Source: an uncultured Planctomycetia bacterium
GTDB taxonomy: Bacteria > Omnitrophota > Gorgyraeia > 2-02-FULL-51-18
DNA: 64,000 nt
Assembly: GCA_964642015.1 (NCBI GenBank)
Contig: CAZXLF010000001.1
Span: 254,375-318,374 of the forward strand
Direction: 5' to 3'
Shown: positions 31,107 to 39,356 of the stretch, piece by piece
Layout: every line of letters starts with the position of its first letter
Position numbering within the stretch: the stretch's first letter is position 1
Made by a program: the position numbers and the translations under genes
Notes under the pieces: model-generated
The model's database searches: none
The model's input: the letters and a program-made list of their open reading frames with translations, nothing else
What the model was told of the DNA's origin: nothing

Positions 31107-31736
31107 ATGATTTGGGGGCAATTAGTGTCGCAAAAATATTTACGTTCAACAATTTTGTTTATTCTTCTTCTTTTGATCAGCGTCTACTCTTACGCTGCTG
31201 AAAATGGTACGCCAGCGGTTTCGAGCCCTACCTCGGTATCATTGCAATACCAGATCGGCGTGGATGATATTATAGAGATAGACGTTCTTCAGCCTCAGCA
31301 GCTTGCATCAACGCTGACGGTTGCGCCGGATGGCACGATCACTTTTCCGTATATAGGGAGCGTTCAGGTTAAAGGCTGTACGCTTGCAGATGTCCAGCAA
31401 AAGATCCAGGCCGGGCTGATGGATTATATGAAATATCCTGTGGTCAGCGTGTCGTTAACGCAATCGCGCAGCCGTATGTTTTATGTGTACGGTGAGGTGA
31501 ATCATCCCGATTCTTACGTGATCCAGGAAAATATGACGGTAGTGCAGGCGATCTCAGTTGCCGGCGGATTCACAAAGGTAGCTTCGACCAACGACGTCAA
31601 AATACTACGGCACAATCATGACGGATCAGGAAGTAACACGATCACCGTGCGGGTATCCGATGTGATGAGCGGCAAATCGCAGGATGTGAAAGTCGAGCCC
31701 GGTGATGTGATCACGGTGCCGCAGAAATTTTTCTAA
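31107..31736 (+). CDS. Polysaccharide export protein (short OPX/Wza, EpsE-like)
   Basis: Signal peptide; YQIGVDDII.I...VAPDGTITFPYIG (Poly_export); VYGEV..P..Y and AISVAGGF (SLBB). Confidence 0.88.
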   Translation: MIWGQLVSQKYLRSTILFILLLLISVYSYAAENGTPAVSSPTSVSLQYQIGVDDIIEIDVLQPQQLASTLTVAPDGTITFPYIGSVQVKGCTLADVQQKIQAGLMDYMKYPVVSVSLTQSRSRMFYVYGEVNHPDSYVIQENMTVVQAISVAGGFTKVASTNDVKILRHNHDGSGSNTITVRVSDVMSGKSQDVKVEPGDVITVPQKFF

Positions 31737-31737
31737 A

Positions 31738-33402
31738 ATGAGCCAACAACTGATGAACCAGATGAACGGTGCGAACAACACGACTCCCATTACACCCGTG
31801 ATCGCTGAGCGTCCGATCAAGACGACCCGTGATTACGTGAAGGTGGTTTTTCGTCAAAAAAGATTCATTATCCTGACCGTCATCGTCGTCACATTGATGA
31901 CTTATTTCGGGCTTAAATTTTTTACACCGGTATATGAATCGGAAGTAAAGATGCTTGTCTCAGCCGAAAAGGAAACTGACGCGCCGTACCAGCGTGATTT
32001 TTCTATCTATAGCGGCAATGACTCCGGTCAGACGCTCACTCAAAGCGAGATCGTGACCTCCAAGCCCGTGCTTGAGCGCGCGGTGCTGGCTTTGGGTTTG
32101 AACGAGCGCCCTCTTGATTATGAAAATCACTTCGCGTCGCCTTTGAAGCAAAAATTTGTGAATTGGCAGAACAAGCAAACCGGTGCTCGGCTTGAAACCA
32201 TGGCGCTCCAGCAGAAAGAAGGGCTCAAATTCTACATGGCGATGGAAGACTTGAAAAGTCGCGTGAAAGTGACACCGGTCCGCGACACGCACTTATTTTC
32301 GATCGTCGTGACGGATTTCAGCCCGATCGCCGCGGCGGTGACGGCCAATGCGGTGAGCCGCTCTTACGTGATGTTCGATCTGGAGCAGCAGTATGTCGAT
32401 CTTCAAGCCAAGTATACTGAAAAAAATCCCGTTGTTATCCAGATGAAGGAAAATATCGCGAATATCAGAAAAGGGCTTTCCGGCCAGCCTCTGCCAAGTA
32501 TTGAGGCGATAGGCCCGGCCTCGGTCAAGATCATCGAACAGGCGACGCCGGCTTTAAAACCCGTTGGCCTTCCGCGAAAATTGATTCTTCTGATCGGCTT
32601 CGTGATGAGTATTTTTCTCGGCGCATTTTTGGCATTCAGCTTTGAGTATCTCGACCAAACATTTCACTCCAAGCAGGACCTTGAGGTATTTTTGGGCGCT
32701 CCGGTGATCGCCTGCATCAATAAGAAAAAAGGGTTGGGCGACCGCCAGCTGGTCCATGATGTGTCCGATACCAACAAATCGCCTCGCGCGGTGTCCTATC
32801 GTATCTTGGCCCAGCAGATCCTTTTCATGGTGAAGACGAAGAATCTAAAGCACATGCTTTTTGCATCCGTGAATCCCGCAGATGATTCGGCGACTATTCT
32901 TTCGAATTCAGCTGTTTTTATATCCAGTCGTTTGGGACTGCGCACTCTTGTGATCGATGCGAACTTAAGAAATCCTTCGCTTCATAAATTTTTCAAAGGC
33001 AAGGTCAATCAGGGTCTTGCGGAGATCTTGGAGGGAAGCCTTAAGTCTGAAGAAGCGGTCCGGCCAGTGAATGAAAAGCTTCATTATATTTCCGCCGGCC
33101 ATAGCGTCGCGGATCCCGGCATTCTACTAGGCAAGGAATCTTTTTCTCGTATCCTATTGACCTTAAGCCCATCTTATGACCTGCTTCTGATTAACGGCGC
33201 GAATGTACGTGATTTCCGCGACACACCGCTTATTGCTTCATCCACGGATGGTGTTATCCTGATCATCGGCGAAAGCACCGTACGCCGTCAGGTCGTTCAG
33301 TATTCGATGAAGCACCTGAATGACAACCACTGCCGTATCCTCGGCGCGGTCATGCCCAATCGGGAATACATGATCCCGAAATTCCTCTACGAAAGCGTTT
33401 GA
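31738..33402 (+). CDS. Polysaccharide co-polymerase (Wzc/GumC-like) with degenerate BY-kinase domain
   Basis: Wzz N-terminal TM, ..TPVYES.., EIVTS..VLER, second TM with FEYLDQTF, C-terminal kinase-like domain LVIDANLRNPSLH. Confidence 0.82.
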   Translation: MSQQLMNQMNGANNTTPITPVIAERPIKTTRDYVKVVFRQKRFIILTVIVVTLMTYFGLKFFTPVYESEVKMLVSAEKETDAPYQRDFSIYSGNDSGQTLTQSEIVTSKPVLERAVLALGLNERPLDYENHFASPLKQKFVNWQNKQTGARLETMALQQKEGLKFYMAMEDLKSRVKVTPVRDTHLFSIVVTDFSPIAAAVTANAVSRSYVMFDLEQQYVDLQAKYTEKNPVVIQMKENIANIRKGLSGQPLPSIEAIGPASVKIIEQATPALKPVGLPRKLILLIGFVMSIFLGAFLAFSFEYLDQTFHSKQDLEVFLGAPVIACINKKKGLGDRQLVHDVSDTNKSPRAVSYRILAQQILFMVKTKNLKHMLFASVNPADDSATILSNSAVFISSRLGLRTLVIDANLRNPSLHKFFKGKVNQGLAEILEGSLKSEEAVRPVNEKLHYISAGHSVADPGILLGKESFSRILLTLSPSYDLLLINGANVRDFRDTPLIASSTDGVILIIGESTVRRQVVQYSMKHLNDNHCRILGAVMPNREYMIPKFLYESV

Positions 33403-33474
33403 TCGCCGTTTGTTATCCCAATCAAGCCTGCTTATTTAAAGAGAGATCTTTAAAAAATTAATCAAGAAAACAAA

Positions 33475-33504
33475 GGGCTAGGCCGAATTTCTTCGACCTA
33501 GCCC
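33475..33504. terminator. Hairpin between convergent genes (probable terminator)
   Basis: GGGCTAGG-CCGAATTTCTTCGA-CCTAGCCC, lying between the wzc stop (+) and the stop of 33532..33828 (-). Confidence 0.6.
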
Positions 33505-33531
33505 AAGCGTTCTATTTGTTGATCGCCAATA

Positions 33532-33828
33532 TTACTTAAGCACTTTGTGCAATTCAGCCAGAGATTTATCAATATATTGGATTGCTAAATCTCGGTTAGT
33601 GCCACCAAAATTAGAAGAAGTATTCGATAATTCATGTCTGGCTCTTTCCAGAGAAGAGATTGCAATATACCATGCATCTTCTCGCTCTTTATTGGGGTCT
33701 TTATGAGCTGGCTTGCTGGAAACTGCTGCTGGTTTAGTAGGTGTGTTTGTGTCAGCAAAAACATGAATTGATTGGAAGCCAAATAAAATAACAAATATTG
33801 CGCACAACATTAATCTACGACTCTTCAT
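33532..33828 (-). CDS. Small secreted helical hypothetical protein
   Basis: Signal peptide (HVFA-D), AAGGGGG RBS, AISSLERARHEL...GGTNRDLAIQYID helical hairpin. Confidence 0.7.
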   Translation of the reverse strand: MKSRRLMLCAIFVILFGFQSIHVFADTNTPTKPAAVSSKPAHKDPNKEREDAWYIAISSLERARHELSNTSSNFGGTNRDLAIQYIDKSLAELHKVLK

Positions 33829-34189
33829 TTATTCCCCCTTATTTAACGTTAATCACCTTAAATGTTCTTTCTTTTACCTAAAGATTTATTATACCTCATT
33901 TGAGAAAAATATCGATCTTTTACTGAAGAAAATTATTTAATTTTTCTCAAAATAATCCTAGTGCAACCTAGTTAGAACCATATTTTGCACGAACTTTAAG
34001 CTTCCATAAACCAAAGGGGTTAAGATCTATATTGCAAGACCATCTGCGTACACCATGAAGTATTATTTCCACTTCATACAAGTTCCCTTTTGGGGTTAAA
34101 ACTATAGCTTTAAGCTCTTTTATTGGAGTTGGATTAGAAAGCCGAGTCCTTAGGAGATTACAAGTGAGTGTTATTGATCGGAATAACAG

Positions 34190-36031
34190 CTATTCTGTGT
34201 AATGATAGCCAGCGTCGGGATGAATGTTGACGTCATCCGGAGTGCCGTCTTTTCGGGCGCTGCCGTCGATAGGAACCGGCTTACCGATGGCTTTCTTGAC
34301 CCAATCGGGGAGCGTCGAGTACCAGGATGTCGTTCCCAGATCGATGGCAGGGGAGTCGGGAGACAGATGAGCATCGTAATCGGCGCTTTTGTCATTTGAA
34401 AGAAGCGCATTGGCAGCGACAGAATGTTTGTCCTGGCCTGAGATAGACTGCCATTCAGAAAGACCGATCGATTTATCATGTACTTTGAATAATTTCGTTA
34501 TTTCCGAAGACTTGCTCCAGACGTTATAATCGGAATCCATACGCAGATAATTGTCAGCGCCAATGCTTCCTATTGCGGCTCCCGCATTGGCGTTTTGATT
34601 GAATATGCAATTTTTTATTGTTAGTTTCCCATCAGAAGAAAAATGGTAGACACCAAAGGTCCGGTAGGCATCTTTAATACCTTGCCCAATGTTAAAAGTA
34701 TCGTTGTAAAGATAAACTTTCCCCATTTTATCAGTATTATCGTTGATGCTGATCGTGATTGCATCGCCTTTGTTGCTATAAGAAAGAGTATTGATCACAT
34801 ACAGCTCATCCGGAGTCCTGATGGACGAGTGTTCCGAAGACAGGGAAATTCCTGATGTAATGCTCGAGTTGTTTCTGGTGCCCGCGCCGTGCGTTTTGCA
34901 GGAGTAAATCAGGATATGGTCGGCACCGTCGCTGTAAAAACCGGCATCAAAATTGCCTTTAGCATTCCATTCCTGTGCATTAGTATCCGCTTCGCAGCGT
35001 ATGGCACCCGAATACTGGACCTTAGTATTGGCGTTATAATCCAAAAAATCAAAACCGGCGCGTCCGCCGTATTGCGCGAAACAATCGATCCACCAGGAAT
35101 AAGAGGACTCCATTGTGAAATTCTGCCCGTGCCCGTTGCCTCCGGAGTTACTAAAACGTCCTGTACACCGCACACAGGAATTGTAATCCGCCCCGTTTTC
35201 AGGAGGATTTATTCCGTTTCGGACAAAATAAAAAGATTCTTTACCGTTGTACTCGGCCCAGCAATCGATGAACTGAACATGCTGGCTTTGTGAGCGGAAA
35301 GCTTCGCCGTTCGACCATCTTACATGAAGGTTTTTTGCGACGACCCACGGCGCACTGCCTGTTTTATCGCCGATCTTGATCAGTGCATCGTATTGTTCTT
35401 TGGGATATTGCCCCAACCGTATTGTGTGAGCCGATGGATCAGAGCCATCCAGCAGTTTTAAAAAGACAAGATGACTACTCCATGAAAGCATATAAGCTGA
35501 TGCTACATCAGATGCGGTGGTTACTCCTCCAAATCCATCCAATTGATGCTTAAGATAAGCCACTTCATTGTCATCTACTGAAAGTAGATATAAAAAGTCG
35601 CCCAAATATTTGGCATTTGTTTGATAAGTGTGTCCGCTAGAATCATTAGGATAAACGGTCCAGCCGCCTTTGTAGATCTCGCTCCCTATAAAAAGGGGAT
35701 CGTTATCGTGATATTTAAGTTTCCCAAAAACTACTTTACTTTGGGGTTCGCCATAAGCGTCCAAAACAATAGGGTTATTTTCAGCTCCCGAGGAGTTAAG
35801 CGTCCAATACGCGTCTTTACCGACCCAGGTGTCTCCGCGTTTGAATGACACTTCGTCGCCCGGTTTTAGAAAATTGTGCCCTGTGACGGCTGAGGGAGTT
35901 TTGAAAGCATAGGCGGGATCGGTACCGTTATTGGAATTATTACCATCGGAATTACTGATGTAATAATGAGTAGCCCATGCTTTGGTAGTTAGCAAAAGAA
36001 ATAAAAGTATAAAGTAAGAAGTTTTCTTCAT
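34190..36031 (-). CDS. Secreted right-handed beta-helix (pectin-lyase-like) protein
   Basis: Signal peptide AWA-THYYIS..GNNSNNGT..AFKT, LKPGDEVSFKRGDTW, Asn/Gly-rich PbH1-like repeats, C-terminal LSPDSPAIDLG...DAGYHY. Confidence 0.75.
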   Translation of the reverse strand: MKKTSYFILLFLLLTTKAWATHYYISNSDGNNSNNGTDPAYAFKTPSAVTGHNFLKPGDEVSFKRGDTWVGKDAYWTLNSSGAENNPIVLDAYGEPQSKVVFGKLKYHDNDPLFIGSEIYKGGWTVYPNDSSGHTYQTNAKYLGDFLYLLSVDDNEVAYLKHQLDGFGGVTTASDVASAYMLSWSSHLVFLKLLDGSDPSAHTIRLGQYPKEQYDALIKIGDKTGSAPWVVAKNLHVRWSNGEAFRSQSQHVQFIDCWAEYNGKESFYFVRNGINPPENGADYNSCVRCTGRFSNSGGNGHGQNFTMESSYSWWIDCFAQYGGRAGFDFLDYNANTKVQYSGAIRCEADTNAQEWNAKGNFDAGFYSDGADHILIYSCKTHGAGTRNNSSITSGISLSSEHSSIRTPDELYVINTLSYSNKGDAITISINDNTDKMGKVYLYNDTFNIGQGIKDAYRTFGVYHFSSDGKLTIKNCIFNQNANAGAAIGSIGADNYLRMDSDYNVWSKSSEITKLFKVHDKSIGLSEWQSISGQDKHSVAANALLSNDKSADYDAHLSPDSPAIDLGTTSWYSTLPDWVKKAIGKPVPIDGSARKDGTPDDVNIHPDAGYHYTE

Positions 36032-36057
36032 GGGTTTATTCTAGCATATTGTCGGCC

Positions 36058-36147
36058 AACTCCCCCAACCCCTCTTTAAGTAGAGAGGGGAGAATTTTAG
36101 ACTAGCTGTTTCCCCCTCTTCATTTGAAGAGGGGGAAAGGGGGAGTT
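36058..36147. repeat. REP-like nested palindromic element
   Basis: Outer inverted repeat AACTCCCCC/GGGGGAGTT encloses two hairpins: CCCCTCT..AGAGGGG and a perfect 14-bp stem TTTCCCCCTCTTCA/TGAAGAGGGGGAAA. Confidence 0.7.
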
Positions 36148-36156
36148 CAGATTGAC

Positions 36157-38679
36157 TCACGCCAGCGCTTGAAGCTTATCCCACGGGAACTGTTTCATGA
36201 CGTCCCAAAGCTGGAGTCCACCGAAATAGGGTGCATAGGCGTCTTCTCCTTTGCCGTACTGCGTTGGGTCCTCAGCAGTGAAGACGACCGAGCTTGCCTG
36301 GTCGCGCACGATCATGCCATAGTCCCGGATCGCGATCACCATCATTTTGACGATGGGGGACCAGTTGGGATCGATCGTGATATTAGCGGGGAAGCGGAAG
36401 CGGGTCCCTTCGGGGATCGCATTGGGGCCTGTGTACCAGCCGTCGCTTCGCTGGGCAGGCCACACATAATTGGTCCAGGTCGCGGGACGTACGATCGCGA
36501 CGGCGAGTTCATGCGGGATCACACCGGCCTGAACTTCTTTAAGAAGCATTGTGCCTCCGATCGTCGGAAGCCCTGTGGCGGTGGCGCCCCATTGCTCATC
36601 ACCTCCGAGAGTATTTTTCACAGTGGGCATGATGCCGCTTGAAGTGCTTGCGTTATCAATGATCCCTCCCCAGCTTGCCTGCCACTGGCCGTTCACTTTC
36701 TTGAACTGCCAGAACTCATACAGTTTATCGGCACTCTTATCATAAATAGTGATCTCGCCATCGAGACCCCCTGATGCGGCCACGTTCGCGGGGATCGGGA
36801 TGCCTTGCTGACAGACCTGGTAAAGCGCGGTCCAGGTCAGCGTCTGTCCGTTTTGGACGATCGAGACAGGAGCTTTTGTGGCGCTTGAGTCCACGATATA
36901 GTACGGTGTGCTGTACTGTGTGATATTGATCCACGGACCGGCAAGCTGAGTATTCGCGACGAATTCATTCACATAATTCGCTGAGTTGGCATTCAGCGCT
37001 TGATTTGCGGACAAGGGCTGATTCCAGAATGAAGTTGGACTGAAAAGCTCCCCTGTTGGCGGAGGCGGGGGAGGCGGCTGCGTCGGCAATGTTGTGAGTG
37101 AATTTAGGAAACTTGCTAAATCAAAGTTCGAAGCGCCGGTTATGACAAAAAGAACGTTGCGATCGTTGGCCGAGGGGGATCCCGATGTTGGTAATTGTGT
37201 GAAATAGCGTGTGTTGAAAACGGAGCATTTGTCCGAATCTGCCAAAAGCGCGTTGTATAGATCCGTGACTTTTTGCAACTTTGTTAAAAAGGTTGTCTGA
37301 TTAAAAGCCGGATCACTCACAACACTTAGGATTTCAGCACGGTCGGTAGAGTTTGGGTAACCTGTTGTGAGTAGAGAAGTTTTATAAATTAGATTAAAGT
37401 TTGATAGGTTGGCGATATTAGCTTGCATAAAATGATAAAAACCAGACGCTTTTAATATGGAAGTCAAAAAATTTGCTTGGGTATAAGCAGGGTCACTAAC
37501 AACGAGCAATAGAGGAGAATAATCGGAAGCGCCCCCAAAAATGTTGTTATAGTACCAAGTGTAGGATGTGTTGCTTTTTATTGCTTTATAAAGATCCGCA
37601 GCTTTCTGGAGTATGGCCAGAAAGCTTGTTTGATTAAAATTAGAGGTGCCTGCAACATTTAAGAGTGTAGCCCTGTCTGTAACGCTCGGATAACCCGTTG
37701 TTGGAAGAGAAGTTTTATAAATCAGATTAAAATTAGATAAATTAACAGAGTTGGACTGCATATATCTATACAAATTTGAAGCGAGTTGCACCGTCTTTAT
37801 GAATGTCGTTTGATTATAAGAGGGATCGCTAGCGGCATTTACCAAAGGGGAATAGTCGGAAGTACTCCCGAAGACATTTCCGTAATACCAGAGATAACCC
37901 CCTGTCTTCATTGTATTGTACGTGTCCGCAGCTTTCTGGAGTATGGCCAGAAAGCTTGTTTGATTAAAATTAGAGGTGCCTGCAACATTTAAGAGTGTAG
38001 CCCTGTCTGTAACGCTCGGATAACCCGTTGTTGGAAGAGAAGTTTTATAAATCAGATTAAAATTAGATAAATTAACAGAGTTGGACTGCATATATCTATA
38101 CAAATTTGAAGCGAGTTGCACCGTCTTTATGAATGTCGTTTGATTATAAGAGGGATCGCTAGCGGCATTTACCAAAGGGGAATAGTCGGAAGTACTCCCG
38201 AAGACATTTCCGTAATACCAGAGATAACCCCCTGTCTTCATTGTATTGTACGTGTCCGCAGCTTTCTGGAGCGACGACAGGAATTTAACCTGATTAAAGC
38301 TAGAAGGGCTTGTAACGTTTAACAGGACCGAACTGTCAGATGCCGTGGGAGCTCCGGAAGTTGTGAGAACAGTCTTATAGATAAGATTGAAATTTGAAAG
38401 TTCTCCGGAATTTGATTGTAATTCACTAAGAAGAAGATTTGCCGCCGTTTGGTTCAAAAGTTGCGCAGGCGTCAGAGGCGCTGTTGACGGAATGGTAATG
38501 ATTGTATTTTTGGAATCGATCAAGTTTTGGCTGGTCTGAGCTGCCTGTTGAGTTTGGGCCGGAGTAAATCCGCTGGGCGTTGTGGTCTGAGTCGTCGGAT
38601 CAGCCGCAAGTAAGACTTTGCCGTCGGTTAAAAAAAAGCTTAAAAGAACTAGGTAAAAAAACACCGCTCTATTTTTCAT
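36157..38679 (-). CDS. Secreted tandem-repeat protein with polyproline linker and uncharacterised C-terminal domain
   Basis: Signal peptide, Thr/Gln-rich linker, about 8 alternating ~55-aa repeats, PPPPPPP, then a globular domain starting LFSPTSFWNQP. Confidence 0.75.
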   Translation of the reverse strand: MKNRAVFFYLVLLSFFLTDGKVLLAADPTTQTTTPSGFTPAQTQQAAQTSQNLIDSKNTIITIPSTAPLTPAQLLNQTAANLLLSELQSNSGELSNFNLIYKTVLTTSGAPTASDSSVLLNVTSPSSFNQVKFLSSLQKAADTYNTMKTGGYLWYYGNVFGSTSDYSPLVNAASDPSYNQTTFIKTVQLASNLYRYMQSNSVNLSNFNLIYKTSLPTTGYPSVTDRATLLNVAGTSNFNQTSFLAILQKAADTYNTMKTGGYLWYYGNVFGSTSDYSPLVNAASDPSYNQTTFIKTVQLASNLYRYMQSNSVNLSNFNLIYKTSLPTTGYPSVTDRATLLNVAGTSNFNQTSFLAILQKAADLYKAIKSNTSYTWYYNNIFGGASDYSPLLLVVSDPAYTQANFLTSILKASGFYHFMQANIANLSNFNLIYKTSLLTTGYPNSTDRAEILSVVSDPAFNQTTFLTKLQKVTDLYNALLADSDKCSVFNTRYFTQLPTSGSPSANDRNVLFVITGASNFDLASFLNSLTTLPTQPPPPPPPTGELFSPTSFWNQPLSANQALNANSANYVNEFVANTQLAGPWINITQYSTPYYIVDSSATKAPVSIVQNGQTLTWTALYQVCQQGIPIPANVAASGGLDGEITIYDKSADKLYEFWQFKKVNGQWQASWGGIIDNASTSSGIMPTVKNTLGGDEQWGATATGLPTIGGTMLLKEVQAGVIPHELAVAIVRPATWTNYVWPAQRSDGWYTGPNAIPEGTRFRFPANITIDPNWSPIVKMMVIAIRDYGMIVRDQASSVVFTAEDPTQYGKGEDAYAPYFGGLQLWDVMKQFPWDKLQALA
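37595..38271. repeat. Exact 330-bp tandem direct repeat (2 copies plus 17 bp) inside CDS 36157..38679
   Basis: 37595-37924 is identical to 37925-38254 by base-by-base reading, and identity extends to 38271. Shadow ORFs at 37786 and 38116 are offset by 330. Confidence 0.95.
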
Positions 38680-38928
38680 TACAAAACCCCCTTGCCCAAA
38701 CTCGCAGTAATCACCTTAGATATTTTTGAATCCTTTTTAAATTAAAATTTGATTAATAAATCTTACAAAACGATCATTAAAATTTGATGAAAATAAGATT
38801 AATTTTTCTTAATGGCCTATTTTATACCATATTCCGCTATGAATTAGCGAATGTTTTCTCTTATAATATTTAAGATCCAAATGAGAGAAAAAAATATTTT
38901 TTTGGAAGATCCGAGTCAAAACTGAAAA

Positions 38929-38988
38929 ATCAAAAGTCAAAACCGCAACTTAAAACGCAAAATGTTTTTGTTTGTTTTGACTTTTGAT
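38929..38988. repeat. 15-bp perfect inverted repeat within a TCAAAA(G/A)/TTTTGA short-repeat tract
   Basis: ATCAAAAGTCAAAAC (38929-38943) and GTTTTGACTTTTGAT (38974-38988). Confidence 0.7.
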
Positions 38989-39023
38989 CTTTAACTTTTG
39001 AGTTTTTAGTCACCGTATTATAG

Positions 39024-39052
39024 TTGTATATACAAAAGTATTATGCTACAAT
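39024..39052 (+). promoter_or_regulatory. Putative sigma70 promoter overlapped by a palindromic operator, upstream of the antitoxin-like gene
   Basis: Perfect palindrome TTGTATATACAA (39024-39035); TTGTAT-N17-TACAAT with TG extension. Confidence 0.55.
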
Positions 39053-39108
39053 GACCCCTTTCGATTTAATCCCAAACCGGGTTTTCGTAGGGCTATCTGA
39101 TCAGAGAA

Positions 39109-39351
39109 GTGTTAAAAAACAAAAAGGACCATGAGATGGAAGATAAATTGAAAAAGGAGGCGTTCTTGACAGTCGACCTTAAAGAAGTAGACAGCATCGC
39201 TCAGGACATCGTCTCAAGAAAAAAGGATGCTGTCTTGAACATCCGCATGAATAGCAGGGATCTGCGCAGTATCAAGCAAAAGGCGAGGAAGATGGGCGTT
39301 AAGTATCAGACGTTCATCTCTGAGCTTCTGCATCGCATCGCGCATAGCTGA
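39109..39351 (+). CDS. CopG/RHH-type antitoxin-like protein (BrnA-like)
   Basis: KKDAVLNIRMNSRDLRSIKQKARKMGVKYQTFISELLH matches the C-terminal pattern of RHH antitoxins. Confidence 0.7.
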   Translation: MLKNKKDHEMEDKLKKEAFLTVDLKEVDSIAQDIVSRKKDAVLNIRMNSRDLRSIKQKARKMGVKYQTFISELLHRIAHS

Positions 39352-39356
39352 TCTTT

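Noticed and set aside
33899-33951. 12-bp inverted repeat TTTGAGAAAAAT/ATTTTTCTCAAA as IS ends
   Set aside because: AT-rich, only 29 nt apart, with no transposase; at most an operator site.
36124-36642. 172-aa plus-strand ORF
   Set aside because: It starts inside the REP-like element and is antisense to the repeat protein's C-terminal domain.
37595-38271. Possible CRISPR array or DGR template/variable repeat pair
   Set aside because: Copies are adjacent, in frame and identical, with no spacers and no adenine-specific mismatches. No cas or reverse transcriptase gene is in the window.
37786-38322. Two near-identical 68-aa plus-strand ORFs
   Set aside because: They are by-products of the 330-bp duplication, antisense to the real gene.
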